A stretch of 41,060 nucleotides of DNA from Macrostomum lignano. Taxonomy: Eukaryota. The notes under the pieces are model-generated. The model saw only the letters and a program-made list of their open reading frames with translations, was not told the DNA's origin and searched no databases. Location of the stretch: NCBI GenBank assembly GCA_002269645.1, contig NIVC01003021.1:1-41060 (forward strand), in the 5' to 3' direction. How positions within the stretch are numbered: position 1 is the stretch's first letter; each line of letters starts with the position of its first letter. The position numbers and the translations under genes were made by a program. This document shows positions 37,401-41,060 of the stretch, piece after piece.

Positions 37401-39196
37401 TATGGACTATAATAAAAAATAAAGCAAATATACTTTATATGCTACTAGTAGTAAAATTTTATTTTATTTTAATTTGCAATCTTTGGCAGTGCAGTACAGA
37501 AAAATGAGAAAATACCGCAATGAAAACTGGAAGCACGCGGACCCTATTTTAAAGTTGATCATATTGAAGTGCCACTAACACTAATTAGTCATTAAAGTAC
37601 AAAGGAAAACTATCTCCACATTGAAATTTTAATCAAAATTTCAAAGTGCATGCAGTAGGTCCTTCTACTAAAGAAACTACAAGATGACGATATGTATCGA
37701 TAGGCGGCATTTTCGCGATCTCATTCCTCAAATAAAGAAAATTGATTTAAAAAAAACATAATTTTTTTAATATTTGTATTTTGATTGGCTTGGAGTTGCT
37801 TAATTCTCTATTGGATTACTCTATAATGTGTCTAATGTGTCTAGGGTTTGTAGCCCAGTGGTCAGAGCGTCGGACTCATGACGTGAAGGTCGGGGGTTCG
37901 ATTCCGGATACCACTTAAACAATTTGTGTCCTTAAGCAAGAAGACCACTTAACTCTGCATTGCTCCAGTTCACCCAGCTGCAGGTGTGGCGACAATCAAT
38001 CAGGGCAATCAGGGCAGCGGTATTCAATTCAATTATTATTCCCATCTCCTTAAAAAAATCCAGATTTTCACCTTAACCCGAGCTCCAGAACAGATGGCAT
38101 CGCCGACAGCGTCTCTGGTAGACTTGGGCAGTGGCAGGCACTGGACTGCGCCCAGCAGGGGCCCGATGTCCCGCTCCATGAACTGCAGCAGGCCGGTCAA
38201 GAACCTGTCCGCATCTGTAGCAAATGGCGCAGATCGTAATTTGACTTGCGAAATGCCCGCTTGAGCACAGTGAAGGTGAGCAGGCTGAGGATCTGATTGT
38301 ATAAATAGTTGAGCTGGAGCAGCAGTTGAGTAGGCGACTCGGCCGACCGGCAGATGCACACGAGAATGAGGAACTCCTTGGCTAGGAATACGAATCTGCG
38401 ATCAGCGGATTCGAACCAATGCACCTGATCGTCTGAGTCCTCAACTACTGACACCAGGGCGGTCATGACGCCCATGTGAGTCACCAGCTTCTCTTCGTTG
38501 CCATGCCGACTAAAGATCGGCTTGCCTGAACGGCTCATGACAAACACGTGCCGATCAGCTGTTCTCCATTCTGCTGTCAGCGTCTCCTCTACATCATCCT
38601 GCTGTTGCTTTTGCTGTTGCTGCTGCTCAGCTTCGTTAAGCAGCAGCGCCGTCACGCCGGCTGCGATGCTGTCTTCGGCAACAGCAGCGGCTGGTCTCGA
38701 GTTCGAGCCCGGCTCGGATGCTGACGGCTTGTCAGTCTCAGCCGCCGCCGTTGCCGTCCCAGCAGCTCTTCATTGGCTTCTTTGTCTTCGTCATCTTCAT
38801 CATCTTCGGATGCGGCCTCTGCTGCTGCTGCCAGGGCAGCCGGCGTTGGCGCCTCGCAGCTGGAGGCGCGGGCGATGCGCCGGATGGCGCCGCGGCTGGT
38901 CTTGCCAGCCACCTCCGTGTGGATGTCCTCCACGTCGATGGTCTTAAGCAGGGCCAGCTGCTTGTCTTCATCTTCGTCGGCTGCTGCTGCTGGTTCTGGA
39001 CGCGTCGGCGCCTCCAGCGGTGGCTGCGGCAGCGACTCGCTGCGATCGTCAAGCTCGTCCCCAGCCTGCTGCAGCTGCTCAGATGAGTCCATCAACTCCT
39101 TGGGCAAAAGCGAGACCGCCCGCCTGGTTTGCTGAGATTTCAAGGATGCTGGATCTACTTCTTCACTTTCTGGTGGGATGCAGCAAAGTGGGATGC
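34446..39196 (-). CDS. MON1: MON1 (SAND family; Rab7 GEF subunit), complement(join(34446..34586,34906..35187,35934..36224,38072..39196)); two apparent 1-nt frameshifts (~38765, ~38217); start at ATG 39092 or in an upstream exon
   Basis: Motifs HVFVMSRSGKPIFSRHG, MGVMTALVS, YNQILSLLT, NYDLRHLL, LHPLDMHLIINLI, AWTPICLPKF, RHFVYK, RPLKLVY, FELYAAFSPL and KWLGRERDRLF match recalled MON1A. All three introns are GT-AG, phase 0 (AAG|GTGAAA, GAG|GTAGGT, TGG|GTGAGC); exon lengths 291, 282 and 141 are multiples of 3. Confidence 0.95.
34630..34865. repeat. Degenerate intronic repeat built on ATGTCAG(C/G)GG with TGTCAG-N6-CTGACA mini-palindromes
   Basis: Read directly in the last MON1 intron. Confidence 0.75.
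35325..35912. repeat. 36-bp intronic minisatellite (GCACAGATCCCATTGACTAAAACTTCCCCACTGATT), ~16 copies
   Basis: Read directly; stop-free on both strands, giving the 213- and 294-aa pseudo-ORFs. Confidence 0.95.
36240..36760. repeat. Degenerate ~22-bp CTCACCCTGAGATTCTC repeat organised in larger (~130-200 bp) blocks
   Basis: Blocks starting CTCACCCTGAGAT(T)CTCACTCT..TAG recur at ~36256, 36455, 36587 and 36716. Confidence 0.8.
37150..37164 (-). other. Candidate 15-nt in-frame microexon of MON1 (NRRNP)
   Basis: Minus strand: TTAACTCGCTTCCAG | AAT CGT CGC AAT CCG | GTAAGT, inside a phase-0 intron. Confidence 0.55.
37846..38040 (+). mobile_element. tRNA-headed CORE-like SINE, copy B (antisense in a MON1 intron)
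   Basis: GTAGCCCAGTGGTCAGAGCG (A box), GGTTCGATTCC (B box), AACAATTTGTGTCCTTAAGCAAGAAGACCACTTAACTCTGCATTGCTCCAGTTCACCCAGCTG, GTGGCGAC and tail TCAATTATTAT. Confidence 0.78.
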
Positions 39197-39732
39197 CTGC
39201 AAATTAAAAAAACTATCTGATCAAGCCGAAAATATAATCAATGGAAAGGTCATTCATTTTTTATGTATTACTAGATTAAATTATGGCTTGACAAAAATGC
39301 AGTCATTATTTGTTAGCTTATAATTAAACCTTATGCTTTATGCACTGTCAAAATCGAAACATTTTTATTATTTAAATTACATTAATGGATAATAATAATA
39401 TAGTAATTGTATAAAAAATGTCTAAAATGGTAGCCAATCATAGATTTAAACTCATACTGGTATACAAAATTTTAATTCTATTTGAATTATAATATAGGTT
39501 TATATCTTTTAGGATCCCATATAGGTGTGGCTCATATTATACTGCCATATACCAAGGAAAATCTTGTGACTATAGTGATTATGCAATTCAAATAAAAGTA
39601 AAAGTTACAATTTAGCCAATCAACTTGTTACTAATGATAAACAAAAAGGTAGTTATGATGTAATCTTTGTTATAGTCAAAATTAAAAAAGTCAGTATTAT
39701 AAATAATGATTATCTATTTATTCAGAGCATTA

Positions 39733-40517
39733 TATGAGGGGTGTCCAACAAATAGTGATACTTTAAACCGTAGCTTCTGCTCTATAGCTTCCTGTTGATT
39801 TCAGCTTGTCTAACCTGTCAGCGATCTCTCTAAAGGTCAAGAAGATCCAGAATGGAGTCCGCCAGTACATCAGGTCAATGAACGTATGGCGCCCCATCCG
39901 ATGCTGATCTGCCAAGTCAGTCCTTCCCTCACTGAACTGCTCAATTCATCGATAAACTGTCATTTTGCTGACTGCAGAGGATCCGTGCGCAGAGCAAAGT
40001 TTTGTATGAATTTCTGAGGCACTATGGCCAGCACCCCAAAGAGCGAAGATGGTACTTTGCTGAGCAACAACTGAGTGCACATCCATGTGTTGTCAAGTAT
40101 GGGCAATAAAATCATGAACAAATTGCAAAATGCAAGCTCCTCTGTTGGCAAGTAAAGTAATGAATTTAATGCTTTATTTTTCTGTGCATGATTCTGTCCA
40201 TAGACAAATTTCAGTCAGTCACAATGAGCATCATATTGCAATTGTATTGCTTAAACAAGACATTTATCAATGCCTTCTTAATGAATGAGTGCAGAAGTCA
40301 ACTATTATAAATTTTCATATAATTTGTGTAACTCTATGGTACAGGTACTGTTATTTTCGTGGGTATAACTTTTGTTCTCTGGTATCAATTTTAAAAATTC
40401 AAAAAGCAGTTTGTAGAAGAGATTTTCTGCTATCAGTTCATAAAATTTTAAATCACAGGAAGCTATAGAACCAGAACTATGGTTAAAAGTATCACTACTT
40501 TTTGGACACCCCTTGTA
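39733..40517 (-). mobile_element. Internally deleted, non-autonomous mariner (IS630-Tc1-mariner) element, ~780 bp
   Basis: ~65-bp imperfect TIRs at 39735-39800 and 40451-40515 (both share AGGGGTGTCCAA..TAGTGATACTTT..TCTATAGCTTCCTGT when read inward) with TA at both ends. Minus-strand ATG 40086 reads MDVHSVVAQQSTIFALWGAGHSASEIHTKLCSAHGSSAVSKMTVYR*IEQFSEGRTDLADQHRMGR, a mariner HTH and linker. No DDD domain. Confidence 0.88.
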
Positions 40518-41060
40518 AAAATAGGTTTTTTTAAATATTTAACCCCTTAGCATGAAACATTTCTTAATCTGTACAAATATTAAGTCTTAATTTTCGAATT
40601 AAATAGTAGACTTATAAGTTTCATGAAAATGGGTTAAGATATTTTAAGGCGTTAATTAATCAATTATAAACCAACAAACATTAGGTTTTTTTAATAATCA
40701 AGGCCTTTTAATAATAATTATTATAAATTAAAATAATTAAGTTTTGTCAGATTTTTCAATCAAAGTGTCACAGTGCTGTTTTCCTTTTCCTATACTAAAG
40801 GAAATCCCACTGTTATGCCACCAAGGTGTCATAGGCATTCTGGTTCTCTCATCGAATGGGGCTAAACCTCTTTCTTAACATCTTAATCACTGTACCAAAG
40901 TTGTGCTAAACTATAATTAATTTCTGAGCATAGATCTTAGAATAGGGTCTGAGTATAAGTCTAAGTATTTACTTCTTCTGATAAAATTTTTAGAATACAA
41001 GTTTTATCTACAAGTCTACTATGTCATGCCTTTGCAGGCTGCTAGCTTGGCCTTCAAACC

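Noticed and set aside
37846-37925. tRNA gene call for the A/B-box heads (also at 25529)
   Set aside because: No convincing acceptor stem or cloverleaf and no oligo-T terminator; both continue into a shared SINE body.
38197-38780. Programmed -1 ribosomal frameshifting in MON1
   Set aside because: No X XXY YYZ slippery site at either junction, and two successive events in a conserved housekeeping gene are implausible.

Overview
Eukaryotic (animal) genomic DNA, not prokaryotic: spliceosomal GT-AG introns, GC-rich exons, and about 20 different tandem-repeat arrays filling introns and intergenic space. This architecture resembles a simple-repeat-rich invertebrate such as the flatworm Macrostomum (inference only). 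Five protein-coding genes are supported: an M28 glutamate-carboxypeptidase-II/NAALADase-like peptidase (minus strand, running off the left end), FAM221A (2 coding exons), an intronless 5-repeat non-classical cadherin, a 2-exon rhodopsin-class orphan peptide-type GPCR, and MON1 (4 exons, minus strand). Features the ORF track misses: a degraded Ty3/Gypsy-like gag with a CCHC knuckle, two tRNA-headed CORE-like SINEs, an internally deleted mariner with TIRs and TA ends, a candidate 15-nt in-frame microexon in MON1, a foldback-like pair of inverted satellite arms, and a 10-bp-period array of 25 TGAGTCA (AP-1) sites. Four reading-frame breaks are each a one-base loss repairable by lengthening a G or A run, most simply explained as assembly errors. 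Most long ORFs in the track are translations of repeats.
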